DNA of 64,000 nucleotides from Bifidobacteriaceae bacterium (GTDB taxonomy: Bacteria > Actinomycetota > Actinomycetes > Actinomycetales > Bifidobacteriaceae). A model generated the notes under the pieces. That model was not told the origin of the DNA. It searched no databases and saw nothing but the letters and a program-made list of their open reading frames with translations. The stretch covers positions 477 to 64,476 of the forward strand of contig JALCQC010000009.1 of assembly GCA_022650895.1 (NCBI GenBank), read 5' to 3'. Shown one piece after another: positions 49,075-59,313 of this stretch. Made by a program: the position numbers and the translations under genes. Position 1 is the first letter of the stretch, and every line of letters begins with the position of its first letter.

Positions 49075-50687
49075 AAATCTCCTATCAGAAATTGCAGCTG
49101 CCCGCCATCTTTTCTGATGGCATGGTTCTGCAACGCGACCAGCAGATCGCTGTCTTCGGTCTGGCAACGCCAGGCAGCAAAGTGTCTGTCACACTGAAAA
49201 TGAACAGCGGCACAGCGGACGCTTTAGCGACAACGCAAACATCAGCAGCAGGTCGATGGAGAGCACTTCTTCCCGAGCGTCCCGCAGGCGGACCGTACTC
49301 ACTCAACGTCACCGATTCAACAACAGAACTGAGTTTCGGCGATGTCTTTATCGGCGAAGTGTGGCTTGCAGGCGGCCAATCCAACATGGAACTCCCCCTC
49401 TCCGGGAGTGAGGATGGCGATAAAGCCGTCGCCGCGAGCGCAAATCCGTTCCTCCACTTCTATGAGGTCCGCAAAACGGGTTGGATTGACGACGATTTTC
49501 TCGCGGAGGAACGAAGAAATTCCTGGCAGGTGAGTTCACCGGAAACGACGGCACAGAAGTCGGCAGTTGCCTATTATTACGCGCGCCATTTGCAGCAGAG
49601 ATTAGGCGTACACGTCGGAATTATCGATTGCTATTGTGGGGGAACCTCTATCAGTTGCTGGATGAGTAAAGAGCGTCTTGCTTCAACTCCGGCTGGCCAA
49701 CGGTATCTCGATGACTATGAGAAGAAAATCGTTGGGCAGACGGATGAAGAGTACGACCGTATCGCTTCTTCGTACCAAAAAAAGTTTGATGCATGGAACG
49801 CGGACGTGGCACGTATCAAAGAAGCAGATCCGACGGTGAGCTGGGAAACCATCGAATCACAGATTGGTGCCTGCCCATGGCCTCCACCAGCGGGAAGAAA
49901 ATCGATGTACCGCCCTGCCGGCCTCTACTCCACCATGGTGAAGCGCGTTGCGGGGTACGGTCTCCACGGCGTGCTGTGGTATCAGGGAGAGGAAGATGAA
50001 CAACGGAGTTCTGATTACCGCACCATGCTGGGTTGTCTTATCGCCGAATGGCGTGACGCGTGGAACAGTTCCTCTCTGCCTTTCATCATTACTCAGCTGC
50101 CCCGCTGGATCAGCAAAGCCGACTATGAGAGCAACGCCGATAGCGGCTCATGGGCCATTCTCCGACAAGCTCAGTTTGATGTTGCGCACGACATCAAACA
50201 CACCTATCTCACCGTGACCATCGACTGCGGGGAATTCAACAACATCCATCCGATCGACAAGAGCACGGTGGGGTCGCGCCTAGCCCTCACTGCTCTGGCT
50301 AAGATCTATGGGTGTTCAGGGGTGGAATCAGAAGGACCACGACTGCATTCTGCACGTCTCCAGCTCTGTGATGGAGTGCCCTCCATCAATCTGGAATTCA
50401 CTCATTCCACAGAGCTCGCCTTCGGACACTGGAACGACGAGGCCGACGGAGAAGAAAAGAACCCCTCCGAGCGTTCTGCCCAAGCGTCGGGATTCGAAAT
50501 AGCGGGAGACTCCGGTATCTTTGTCCCCGTCTCTGCCTCCATTCACGGTTCTTCAGTAATTCTTGAAGAACCGAGCATTCCAGACCCATACTTCGTTCGT
50601 TACGCTTGGAAAAATTGGGGGCCGGCGCCACTTTTTAATGGCCAGTCTCTGCCAGCAGCACCCTTTTGCATCCGTTTAAGCCACTGA
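49071..50687 (+). CDS. SASA-family (DUF303) carbohydrate acetylesterase
   Basis: GEVWLAGGQSNME and GVLWYQGEED motifs. ATGA overlap with the previous gene. Confidence 0.8.
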   Translation: MKISYQKLQLPAIFSDGMVLQRDQQIAVFGLATPGSKVSVTLKMNSGTADALATTQTSAAGRWRALLPERPAGGPYSLNVTDSTTELSFGDVFIGEVWLAGGQSNMELPLSGSEDGDKAVAASANPFLHFYEVRKTGWIDDDFLAEERRNSWQVSSPETTAQKSAVAYYYARHLQQRLGVHVGIIDCYCGGTSISCWMSKERLASTPAGQRYLDDYEKKIVGQTDEEYDRIASSYQKKFDAWNADVARIKEADPTVSWETIESQIGACPWPPPAGRKSMYRPAGLYSTMVKRVAGYGLHGVLWYQGEEDEQRSSDYRTMLGCLIAEWRDAWNSSSLPFIITQLPRWISKADYESNADSGSWAILRQAQFDVAHDIKHTYLTVTIDCGEFNNIHPIDKSTVGSRLALTALAKIYGCSGVESEGPRLHSARLQLCDGVPSINLEFTHSTELAFGHWNDEADGEEKNPSERSAQASGFEIAGDSGIFVPVSASIHGSSVILEEPSIPDPYFVRYAWKNWGPAPLFNGQSLPAAPFCIRLSH

Positions 50688-50719
50688 TAGCCGCTGACAC
50701 CTTTGCTAGGGCAAAGAAG

Positions 50720-50770
50720 AAGGTGGTCGTCTGCAGCGGCACTCAACTCACCGCCACAGACGACCATCTT
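50720..50770. terminator. Large imperfect hairpin between convergent genes
   Basis: Arms AAGGTGGTCGTCTG / CAGACGACCATCTT (13/14 pairs). No strong T-run. Confidence 0.45.
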
Positions 50771-50872
50771 CGATATCGGTTTCGCGTTAGCTTTCACAAC
50801 GGGTCAACGCGAAACCCCTGCTCTGGCCCGATCCGGGTCAACTCAGCTTAACCGATGCGAATCATACCTCCC

Positions 50873-53800
50873 TCAGGCCTTGTGTTTGCCCGAACCTCGG
50901 CGCATACCAGTGCCGCTAAACCGCTGCGACAGCAGGATTCCCGCGAACAACAGGACCGATGCACCCAAAACCAGCCACACGATGGAAACACCCGTGCTCG
51001 GCAATTGCGTTGACGGTGCTGACGGCGTCGGCAGCAATTGCGAAGGCACCGAAGGTGGAATTGACGGTACGGGTGGCAACAGCTTGAAGTAATTGGTGAT
51101 GGTGACGTTGTTGTCGTCAGCACCGTCAATCACGACAACGCCTGATGCCGGATCGGTGGAGGTTAAGTCAGCACCCGCAGCATCGGTTTCCTTCACCGAG
51201 CACCGCGCACCTACGAGAAGGTTGTCAATGGAGGCCCGATAACCGTTGCTACCGCTCAATATCACCTTGCCATTATTCGGCAATGGAAGGGCGGCCTCGG
51301 CATCACCATGACCTATGGCGCACGCCACCAGCACTTCAAACGGTCCGGCACCCCTTTGCTTGGCACCCGGTCCCACGCGCTTCTTGATGATGGTGAGAGT
51401 CCCTACGTCGTAGCGGTTTGCGACTGTCACCACCTCAACCTTGACGGGCCCCTCGGCGTCACCGTCAGAGGAAGGGACCATCTGGATGGTGGCGGCGGTG
51501 TCCGAGTTCTGGTCCACGTTGTTTCCGAGGAAGGCCGTGGAGTTGGCCCCACCGGCGTCAGTTTCCTCCAAGTGGCATGTCGAGTTCGCAGGAATACCGG
51601 AGAACCTCCTCTGTGCATCTGCTGCGAGCGTGAATTCTCCGCTTGCGCCAAGACCCACATTCACCGGTCGGTTATCGGAGGTCGTGCAGGCGAGTGCAAA
51701 GGTGAAGGGGCCGAATTTTCCGCCGGTAGCTGTGGTGTCCACTGTTTTTTTGACGACCAGAGCCGTGGACTTGTAGACGTTGACAAGGGCAACTGTCGAT
51801 GCCTCCGTCGGGTGCGCCACCAGAGTACCGTCATCGGCAGTAGTGTCGCTGTTGTCAACAATGACGCTGGTGGGATCGCCCTCGCGAGACGTCTCGCCAA
51901 ACGCGCCTATCGCGCCATCCTCCTTCACTTCGCACGACGCCCCGTACGAAATACCTGAGACTACCACCGGCTTGTACGTGCCGTCCTTCTGTTTGAGAAG
52001 CTTAAGAAGCTTGCTCTTCTCACCACCAAAGGTCACCGTAGTATTGCGACCATCAGAACCCCGAACAACACAGGCCATAGTTGCGGTGACGCTGTCGGGA
52101 GACGAGTCCGCAGCATCGCCTTCTACATTCTTTGTCACTGTGACGGAACCCTTTGCCAACCGCACCCCTACCTTATTGGGCGCGATGGTACGAGGAGACT
52201 GGGTCTTTCCACTGCTGTCTTTGCCTCGGTACAACAGGCCGTATTGGTTCCAGATGTACTGGTTGTCCTCATCGACCTCGACCGAAGCGCCCTCAACGTT
52301 GGAATCCGTTTTGGGCCAATTCGTGGTGGAATACGTGATGTCCACTGATTTTCCGGGCTTCAGAGACTTCGCACCCGAGGTCGTGAAATCTACGGTGACA
52401 CGGAGGCCGCGAACCGCCGACCAGTCAACGCTGGAGGTATTGTCCACCGTCGTCCACCCCGACGTCCCACAGGGAAGATAGTCCTCACTGGGGTTACTGG
52501 TCCACATGCCGACGCATGCGTTCTTCTCTTTGGAGATCTCGTAACGCACCGATGAGCCTTCGGGCGCACCCACTACCTTCGGAAGTTCCTTCAGCTGCGG
52601 ACGGTACTGCGAACCGCGGTTATCGCCCTTCACCAACATCGTGTCACCAACCGCAGGAAGCTGGTCGAAGAACGTCATCGACTCGTATTCGCTCGTCCCC
52701 GCATTCACGGCGTGCAGACTCCACTGATCGGTGCCGCCGACGTTGCTGTTGGCCACGCAAGGAGAGCGGTAGTACGTGGTACCGTCCGCTCCGGTATAGG
52801 TGGAGTTGGCGCAGTCCATGGACTTCGCCGCCGGATTGATGGCACCGCTCAACGCTCCACGGACGCCCTTGATGACATACAGGTTTTCCCCACCGCGCGG
52901 CTGCACATAATCTGACGTCTTTGCGCCGTTGTTTCCGACAGCCGTCACGGAATTGTTGCCGTCTCCAGGCACCGCGTCACCGGGAGCGCTTGCCAGCTTC
53001 TGCTTCGTTGTGACCGTGACATCATTGACGGCTTTCTGCGTCGAGGTGATGCCCGGCTGCAGTTCCATCCACACGCGAAGCTTCACGGTTTCCCCGGGAC
53101 TCAGGCGATTTTTGCCGTTCTCCCACGAGAAGACGAGTTTCCCACCATTGCTGCTGGCTGCCAGCTTCGGCTGTGCCTGCAACGTTCCACCGGTGCCTTC
53201 TTGGGGAAGGAAGCGGTATCCGGGGTGATCCGCCGGGCCGGAACCGAGGCCGGTGTAGTGGAGGAACTCCCCCGGCTCATCGGTCACGGTATCGATATCA
53301 AGGTAACCGGTGCCTGTGTTCTTGATGGTGATGTCCCAAGGGACCAGTGTTCCGGCATCGACAAGACGGTCACAGGTAGTGCCACTCACATACTGCGCGC
53401 ACTTGTCGATGGCGAGACGTGCCTCACCAGGGCTCCAACGAACCGTGTCAGAGGCTGTTTTGGTATCGGATTTATCGAGGATTCCCTCACTGCGTACGGC
53501 GAGCACGTTGGTTGCCTTCGCCCCGTCCACATACTTGACCGGAGCACTGCCCCCGCGCTGCGTGGAGCGCAATTCGACGGTGTACTCAACCTTCGTATTC
53601 CACCCGGGAACATTCCACTTTTGGAAGGTCTGGGCGGCGTTTGAACTCTGTCCTTCCTTCAGGAATTCGACTTTCAGACCGGCGACATCGGCAAGTGCCA
53701 CACCGTCTGGCAAGCGGTAAGAGCTACCGTCCCGAGCTTTCTCCTGCAGCGCTCCCTCTTTCCATGTTCCATTTACATAGGCGGATAGGCGGAGATGGTC

Positions 53801-56800
53801 GGCTCCGTCCGGGAAGGTGACCTTGGGGAGGCTCGTCATGTTGAAATTCGTCCAAAAGTCCGTGGAATGTGCGGAATCCCCTGCTTTTCCAGCACCATCA
53901 GGCTCATCGGTCATGGTCACGGTGCGGGGAGAAAGAGTTGATGCCCCCTGATTCGCTCTCAACGTGACGGTTTTCGACTTATTGTCTGCCGGCTCCATGA
54001 TGACTGAGTCATCGGAGATGTCCTTGTCGGGCTTCACGTCGATGACGCCGCTGTTGAACGTGACGACGGAGTGATCGAAGTCGTATGGAGGCTTATCGGG
54101 CTCCTCCGAGACCACCGGAATGGTCGTGTTGTAGGACTGTGCGAAAGCCGTGTTCTTCGAGTCTTCATTGCCCGTTGGAACAAATGCCGCACCCGAGTCC
54201 CTCAAGGTGGATCGAACTTGGGTTGAAAGATCAACCATCAGTTTCGTTCCGTTTGGAATCGTTCCACCCTTGACATCGGAATCCTGGAAGGTGACCGAAA
54301 CACCAACCACATCGGCCAGTGCCTCCTTCGTCATGGAATTCGCCGCACTTGCCTTCAGGTTCGTGGAGGTGAAGGTCCGTGCCGAGGAATTGTAATGCAG
54401 AAGCCACACAGTACTGGCCGCAAGATTCACTCCTGTAGCGGTGTGAACGTCAATACCCGTGATGTTCTGCCGGTTAAAGGGATTCCCTGTACCGAGAGTT
54501 TCGTAGCCGGCAAATGGATTCGCCGTCGCACCGGCTTCCGTCTGCTCGCTCGTGCAGGAACCTTCGATGACGTCGTTTTCTCCAGAACAGGGAGCGGGAT
54601 CCGTCACACGCACATGCGTTGCAGGAGTCAGCGACCTCTGCATTGCCGTCAATGTGTATTTCAACGTGGGATACCCGGAATCCTCAACGGTGCCTGCAGC
54701 AGGAACCAGAATGCTGCTCGTGTCTGCGCCATCATTGAGCGAATTCGTCACCGTGGTGCTCTTCTTTATTGACACATAAGGCGGATTGTCGTAAACGTTG
54801 ACCGTGTCACAGCCGCTCTCACGGCCCGCGGGCTTCGCCTGAATCACCGCGCAGTTCTCGATGACACCCTTATCCTCTGTGTTGTACTTCATGTTTTGCG
54901 AAACATAGGTGTGTGGGGCCGAACGCAAGGTGGCACGCGGCTCCCACTCCAAAGTGAAGGTTCTCGGAGCCTTGCCGCTCGCCGCCTGAACACCTTCTCC
55001 AGAGCGTGGAGCGGTGGCGTCGAAGGCTTTGTTGGGAGTGCCATCCGGGTTGAGATAGTCGGCGGCTGCGTCACGCGCCTCCGTGTTCTCACCCAGAATG
55101 ATGCGTACGCCTGTTGCCTTTTGCTGCTCCCCGGCAGAAAGCGTGTAGCCGATGAAACTGCCGTCGCGACTCTGCCATGTGGTGTTTGCGGAACTCCGGG
55201 CAGCGGCATGCCATGCGCCCTCATAGTAAAGCTCAACTGCTTTTACCACGTCGTACTTGATGGAGGGGAGAGAATTTGAGGCCGCGATCGGAGCGATGCC
55301 CGTGAGATTGAAGGCATCGAAAGCCGTGGCTTGCGTATCTGCCGCATCGTCAGCGGGATCGCTGATGGTGATCTCCGAATTCCCCCAACCAGTCGTCCAC
55401 TTAAGCGTGGTGAGCACATGGTTGGAAGATCGCGAGGCGATCGCGTCCATCGACCACTCCTTGTTCAGAGTCAGATGCGCGCTGACGGAATGAGTGGGGT
55501 AGACGATGATTCCAGTGCTTGCCTCAGCGGTCGAGCAAGGAATCTGTAATCCTTCATGAGTGCTGGAGCCACAGGCTGCGACTTTGTTCGTATAGACCGT
55601 CTGGCGCTGCTCGTTGACAGGGACACCTTTGGCATCATTGTCAACGGCATCGGTCGGAATAGAGGAGTCTGTACGCGTCGTGGAACGCGACGTGAAAACT
55701 AGCTGAGGCTGAGGCTGGAGGCTTGCCGCAAAGCCGTCGGCATCGCCATAGACGAACTGGATGCCTGTGACGTCTTTGGGGGTTGTCCCCGGTTTCGCAG
55801 AGGTCAGCGCCGCCGTTAATCCCTCCGAGTCGAAGCCAAGAGTGGTTGTTCCTGCTGTGGCCTTCTTGCTCCCGATCGCAAAGTACGGGCTCTGTGCTGT
55901 CTTGACAAGAATCGTCAGCGTGGAACCAGCAACAATCTGCGTGGGTTCTATTGACGTGAGGTTGAACCCATTCCAGAAATCCTTGTCATTACTGGAATCC
56001 TGCTCATCGGTAACGGTCAGCTGTGTTGGCTTTACGTTGCCGGTTGCCGAACTGATCTGTGGGTTGAGCGCCACAACTGCGCTCTGCCCAGGACGGAGGT
56101 TCCTCGAAGGAGTCACCGTCTTTCTCACACTGATATCGACGCGGGGTTTGACGATGGTGAGGTTGTCGGAACTTTTGCCGCAGGCCTGATTCACGTTGGC
56201 GGCAGTTACACAGAGAGACGCCGTGTTCTTTTTCTGCTCGGTATTCGCAGTCATGGCATCTTCGGAAGTACCGATCTTCATCTCCACCGCAGTGGTGGCA
56301 TTCTGAGGAATGGAGTCCCCCTCCCCCATGAAGGTGAGGGTGAAGGACGAGATATATTCGTCCTTCGCAAGCTGTGGGAGTGCGGGCAACGCGCCATCAT
56401 CGAAAGGTACTTCCACCTTTCTTTCAGAGTCTGCAGTCGCGATGACATACGTTACAGCAGCGCTTTTCACACCTGTCTTCTGCTCTCCCACCGTGGGGTA
56501 GGAAATTCCGTACGTGAAGCCGTCAAAGATGAGGAGAGAGCCGTCAAAAAAACCGCTGGGGTCTTCGACGGTGAACTTGTTCACCGCTTCACCGGTATTG
56601 GTGGCAACGATCGTCGCAGTAGTCGACTCTCCGGCCGGCAGTGAGCTGTCGGCTATGTTTTTCGACACTGTGGCAGAGATCGCCCTCGGCGTGACGCGGT
56701 AGCTTGCTGTGGAATAGCGTGGCGCACTGGGTGGCACTCCTGCTTTTTCAGCGCGTACCTGAGCGTTGTTGGTCGCCGTGTACTTGTTTTTCGAGAGATC

Positions 56801-57892
56801 TGCAGCTGACCCACCATTGCGGTCTCTTCCGCGCTGCTCCACCTTCACCGTCGCCGCGGCAGAGGCACCCGGAGCGATCTTTCCCGTGTACGCATAGCGC
56901 AGTCCTCCGACTGCCGACGCATTCACTCCGGAGGGAAGAGAGAAACTGGCAGAGGGAGCACCCTCTACCCAGTGCCACGCTCCGTTTTGTTCAACATAGG
57001 CATCCACCTGAACTGCGGTGGCTCCTGTGGGGAGCGCCGCCTCGCCAAAGCCTGCAAAATCCACAAAGCGGAAGGGATTGCCTGTGGCAAGGGATTTCGC
57101 ACCCTCCCGGGTGGAGCCAGTGGCATCCGCTTGCGGATCCACGACAACGAGTTTGCTGATTGAAACATTCGAAGTGTTTTTGGCTACGAGTCTCACTGCC
57201 GAGGAGGCTCCCGGCGCATAGCTCGCCGTGGCGGGTGACCATGTTTTTGCGATGGTCGCGTCAACTGTCTGGGGGATGGTGATCCGAATCTCCGCCGAAC
57301 TCTGCGCGCTCCTCGAATTATCCGATTCAACAGTGGCCATATTCGTCACCGTGGCACCGGCGAGAGGTCCCTCTGGATCAAGAGTCAACGGCACCTTCAG
57401 CGAAAGATTGACACGTGCGGTAGTGCCTACCCCAAGCCCCTTCTGCCCACCGAAATCTTCGGTAAAGGCCACCGAAAGGGTGGTGTCGTCAGTGAGAAGG
57501 TCAGGGGTCTCCGACTGCTCCACCCCATCGACGTTCCATGTTGCCACTGCACCCACACTGGTGGGAGACATCTGGAGGCCAACCACGGTGAAGCCCGCGA
57601 ACTGGGACGGAAGAGCGTCCTTGAGAGTGGCGTTGGCGCAGTCTTCCTCACTACAAGTGACTTTGATGCCATATGTAAAGGTGGTTCCCGGCTGCAGCTC
57701 TTTTTCATCAACACTTTCACTGAGCGCAAGGTACGCGGGCTTGTCATCCGCTCCGTTCGTTGCAGCGGCTGCCGGTATGATGCCCCCTGTCAGCGAAACG
57801 GTGACGGCCAGCACTAACCCCCATCCGCTGCAGAAAAGCTTCTTAACGGCGGAATAAAAATTTTTCTTATTTTTTGATATCACCGATTTCAT
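50873..57892 (-). CDS. Giant (2339 aa) LPxTG-anchored surface adhesin with many Ig-like/DUF11- and SpaA-type repeat domains
   Basis: N-terminal signal peptide. C-terminus LPSTG + TM + RRGSGKHKA. Repeated T/V/S-rich beta-sandwich-like modules. Confidence 0.85.
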   Translation of the reverse strand: MKSVISKNKKNFYSAVKKLFCSGWGLVLAVTVSLTGGIIPAAAATNGADDKPAYLALSESVDEKELQPGTTFTYGIKVTCSEEDCANATLKDALPSQFAGFTVVGLQMSPTSVGAVATWNVDGVEQSETPDLLTDDTTLSVAFTEDFGGQKGLGVGTTARVNLSLKVPLTLDPEGPLAGATVTNMATVESDNSRSAQSSAEIRITIPQTVDATIAKTWSPATASYAPGASSAVRLVAKNTSNVSISKLVVVDPQADATGSTREGAKSLATGNPFRFVDFAGFGEAALPTGATAVQVDAYVEQNGAWHWVEGAPSASFSLPSGVNASAVGGLRYAYTGKIAPGASAAATVKVEQRGRDRNGGSAADLSKNKYTATNNAQVRAEKAGVPPSAPRYSTASYRVTPRAISATVSKNIADSSLPAGESTTATIVATNTGEAVNKFTVEDPSGFFDGSLLIFDGFTYGISYPTVGEQKTGVKSAAVTYVIATADSERKVEVPFDDGALPALPQLAKDEYISSFTLTFMGEGDSIPQNATTAVEMKIGTSEDAMTANTEQKKNTASLCVTAANVNQACGKSSDNLTIVKPRVDISVRKTVTPSRNLRPGQSAVVALNPQISSATGNVKPTQLTVTDEQDSSNDKDFWNGFNLTSIEPTQIVAGSTLTILVKTAQSPYFAIGSKKATAGTTTLGFDSEGLTAALTSAKPGTTPKDVTGIQFVYGDADGFAASLQPQPQLVFTSRSTTRTDSSIPTDAVDNDAKGVPVNEQRQTVYTNKVAACGSSTHEGLQIPCSTAEASTGIIVYPTHSVSAHLTLNKEWSMDAIASRSSNHVLTTLKWTTGWGNSEITISDPADDAADTQATAFDAFNLTGIAPIAASNSLPSIKYDVVKAVELYYEGAWHAAARSSANTTWQSRDGSFIGYTLSAGEQQKATGVRIILGENTEARDAAADYLNPDGTPNKAFDATAPRSGEGVQAASGKAPRTFTLEWEPRATLRSAPHTYVSQNMKYNTEDKGVIENCAVIQAKPAGRESGCDTVNVYDNPPYVSIKKSTTVTNSLNDGADTSSILVPAAGTVEDSGYPTLKYTLTAMQRSLTPATHVRVTDPAPCSGENDVIEGSCTSEQTEAGATANPFAGYETLGTGNPFNRQNITGIDVHTATGVNLAASTVWLLHYNSSARTFTSTNLKASAANSMTKEALADVVGVSVTFQDSDVKGGTIPNGTKLMVDLSTQVRSTLRDSGAAFVPTGNEDSKNTAFAQSYNTTIPVVSEEPDKPPYDFDHSVVTFNSGVIDVKPDKDISDDSVIMEPADNKSKTVTLRANQGASTLSPRTVTMTDEPDGAGKAGDSAHSTDFWTNFNMTSLPKVTFPDGADHLRLSAYVNGTWKEGALQEKARDGSSYRLPDGVALADVAGLKVEFLKEGQSSNAAQTFQKWNVPGWNTKVEYTVELRSTQRGGSAPVKYVDGAKATNVLAVRSEGILDKSDTKTASDTVRWSPGEARLAIDKCAQYVSGTTCDRLVDAGTLVPWDITIKNTGTGYLDIDTVTDEPGEFLHYTGLGSGPADHPGYRFLPQEGTGGTLQAQPKLAASSNGGKLVFSWENGKNRLSPGETVKLRVWMELQPGITSTQKAVNDVTVTTKQKLASAPGDAVPGDGNNSVTAVGNNGAKTSDYVQPRGGENLYVIKGVRGALSGAINPAAKSMDCANSTYTGADGTTYYRSPCVANSNVGGTDQWSLHAVNAGTSEYESMTFFDQLPAVGDTMLVKGDNRGSQYRPQLKELPKVVGAPEGSSVRYEISKEKNACVGMWTSNPSEDYLPCGTSGWTTVDNTSSVDWSAVRGLRVTVDFTTSGAKSLKPGKSVDITYSTTNWPKTDSNVEGASVEVDEDNQYIWNQYGLLYRGKDSSGKTQSPRTIAPNKVGVRLAKGSVTVTKNVEGDAADSSPDSVTATMACVVRGSDGRNTTVTFGGEKSKLLKLLKQKDGTYKPVVVSGISYGASCEVKEDGAIGAFGETSREGDPTSVIVDNSDTTADDGTLVAHPTEASTVALVNVYKSTALVVKKTVDTTATGGKFGPFTFALACTTSDNRPVNVGLGASGEFTLAADAQRRFSGIPANSTCHLEETDAGGANSTAFLGNNVDQNSDTAATIQMVPSSDGDAEGPVKVEVVTVANRYDVGTLTIIKKRVGPGAKQRGAGPFEVLVACAIGHGDAEAALPLPNNGKVILSGSNGYRASIDNLLVGARCSVKETDAAGADLTSTDPASGVVVIDGADDNNVTITNYFKLLPPVPSIPPSVPSQLLPTPSAPSTQLPSTGVSIVWLVLGASVLLFAGILLSQRFSGTGMRRGSGKHKA

Positions 57893-58063
57893 CGGCTGAT
57901 CCCCTCTTAAACACTGCCCTTTTTCGGCGAACCCTCTTGTGCGCCATCCAACAGACTCTCTTCAGTCGTCATTAATATATCAGGCGACAAACCGATAGCA
58001 CAAGCACGCATGCAAGCGGTCTTCTTTCATTGCAATAACAAGGAAATCAGCGTGTCTGATCTG

Positions 58064-58096
58064 CCAAAAGCGCCCGTTCCCGGAGGGAGGGGAACG
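58064..58096 (-). terminator. Intrinsic terminator after the small membrane gene
   Basis: - strand: CGTTCCC(8 nt)GGGAACG followed by GGCGCTTTTGG. Confidence 0.55.
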
Positions 58097-58137
58097 AACG
58101 GAACAACTACGCGAAGGGGTACGGCACCGGCGTCCCT

Positions 58138-58440
58138 TTACTGGAACAAGAAGGAATTGCCGTAGCTGACATTGACCACGTAAGCGAACAGCACCAAGGC
58201 ATTAAAGACGAAGGACATGAAGATGATGCCGAAGCGGACCGTCAGATAGCGATATCCCTTGCCATACGTGTGCCTCTGCTTGCGTTGGCCGGAGTAGACG
58301 AAAACGAGAATAAGCAGAATGACGGTGAGGATCGCCTGCAGAATCGTTCCTGCGATGAAAGCGCTTTGAGTACGGGACGAGTCCTGGAAAAAGAATCCTG
58401 CGACGGCGACGATATCGAGGATGATGGCGATGAAGGGCAT
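58138..58440 (-). CDS. Small membrane protein (100 aa, 3 TM)
   Basis: Hydrophobic helices. The overlapping alternative-frame ORFs are Arg/Pro-rich and rejected. Confidence 0.5.
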   Translation of the reverse strand: MPFIAIILDIVAVAGFFFQDSSRTQSAFIAGTILQAILTVILLILVFVYSGQRKQRHTYGKGYRYLTVRFGIIFMSFVFNALVLFAYVVNVSYGNSFLFQ

Positions 58441-58689
58441 GTGCGTTCCTTACGAAGTGCGGCAAGCGGTGAACCGCGTCGGCTGTGTGAGCCCGACGGT
58501 TCATAAGATTGTACGCACCTCATTTTAGAGGCTCCAGGGAGTGACGTACTCCGTCGGAAGAACGAATTCTGCCACACAAAACCGCACATAAAAGGGCCCC
58601 AAGTGAGTTTGGGACCCTGACTACCAACCAACGGACTATCAACGCGGACTAGCGACCAATAGCTACCAGCCAATCACCGGAAAGGAGGA

Positions 58690-58989
58690 TCAGCGCGAGC
58701 CCACGAGTTCCTTCTTGAACTCGCAGTACAGTTCCAGCCAGCGGCGGCGCTCCGCTTCGGAACTCACGTCCTTGATGAAATGGATCATCATCTGGTCTTT
58801 GGTGACCTGATGCTCAGTTTCCAGAGCCTCATCGGTACTGCGATAGTGAAGGACCTCGTCGTTATCGCTCAACCACACCTCCCACCGATCGAACACCACC
58901 GGATGAACCCGGTCACGCGTCTTGGAGGAACGGATCTCATCGACGATTCCATTCCAGAAGTTCTCGAACTGGTCTAGCTGTACTCCCAT
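58690..58989 (-). CDS. 99-aa acidic hypothetical protein
   Basis: I prefer ATG (complement 58987-58989), 6-7 nt after AAGGGG. No recognisable family. Confidence 0.45.
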   Translation of the reverse strand: MGVQLDQFENFWNGIVDEIRSSKTRDRVHPVVFDRWEVWLSDNDEVLHYRSTDEALETEHQVTKDQMMIHFIKDVSSEAERRRWLELYCEFKKELVGSR

Positions 58990-59313
58990 AACAACCCCTT
59001 TGTTGTGAGACAAGTGGACGATGGCCACCTTGCCATCGCTTCCAATGAGAATCACCGTACTACATTTCGTTTACAACACGTTGCCGGAGCGTCGGCGTTT
59101 CGCGTACCGTCAGGAGATTCAAGACCCGTGGCCGCTTCTTCCCGCCGGTATGACCCCACACCACGGCCACAGGTTCACGCTCCAGCAAGGCAACCAACAG
59201 CGTCCTTTCAGAGAATTCCACCATTCGCCGCAGTCTCAGGCTCATGAATTCTTAGATTCCACGCGCACTGTGAGGAGGTACGCCTCCAGAGGACCTTCAA
59301 CAGTACGGGAATC

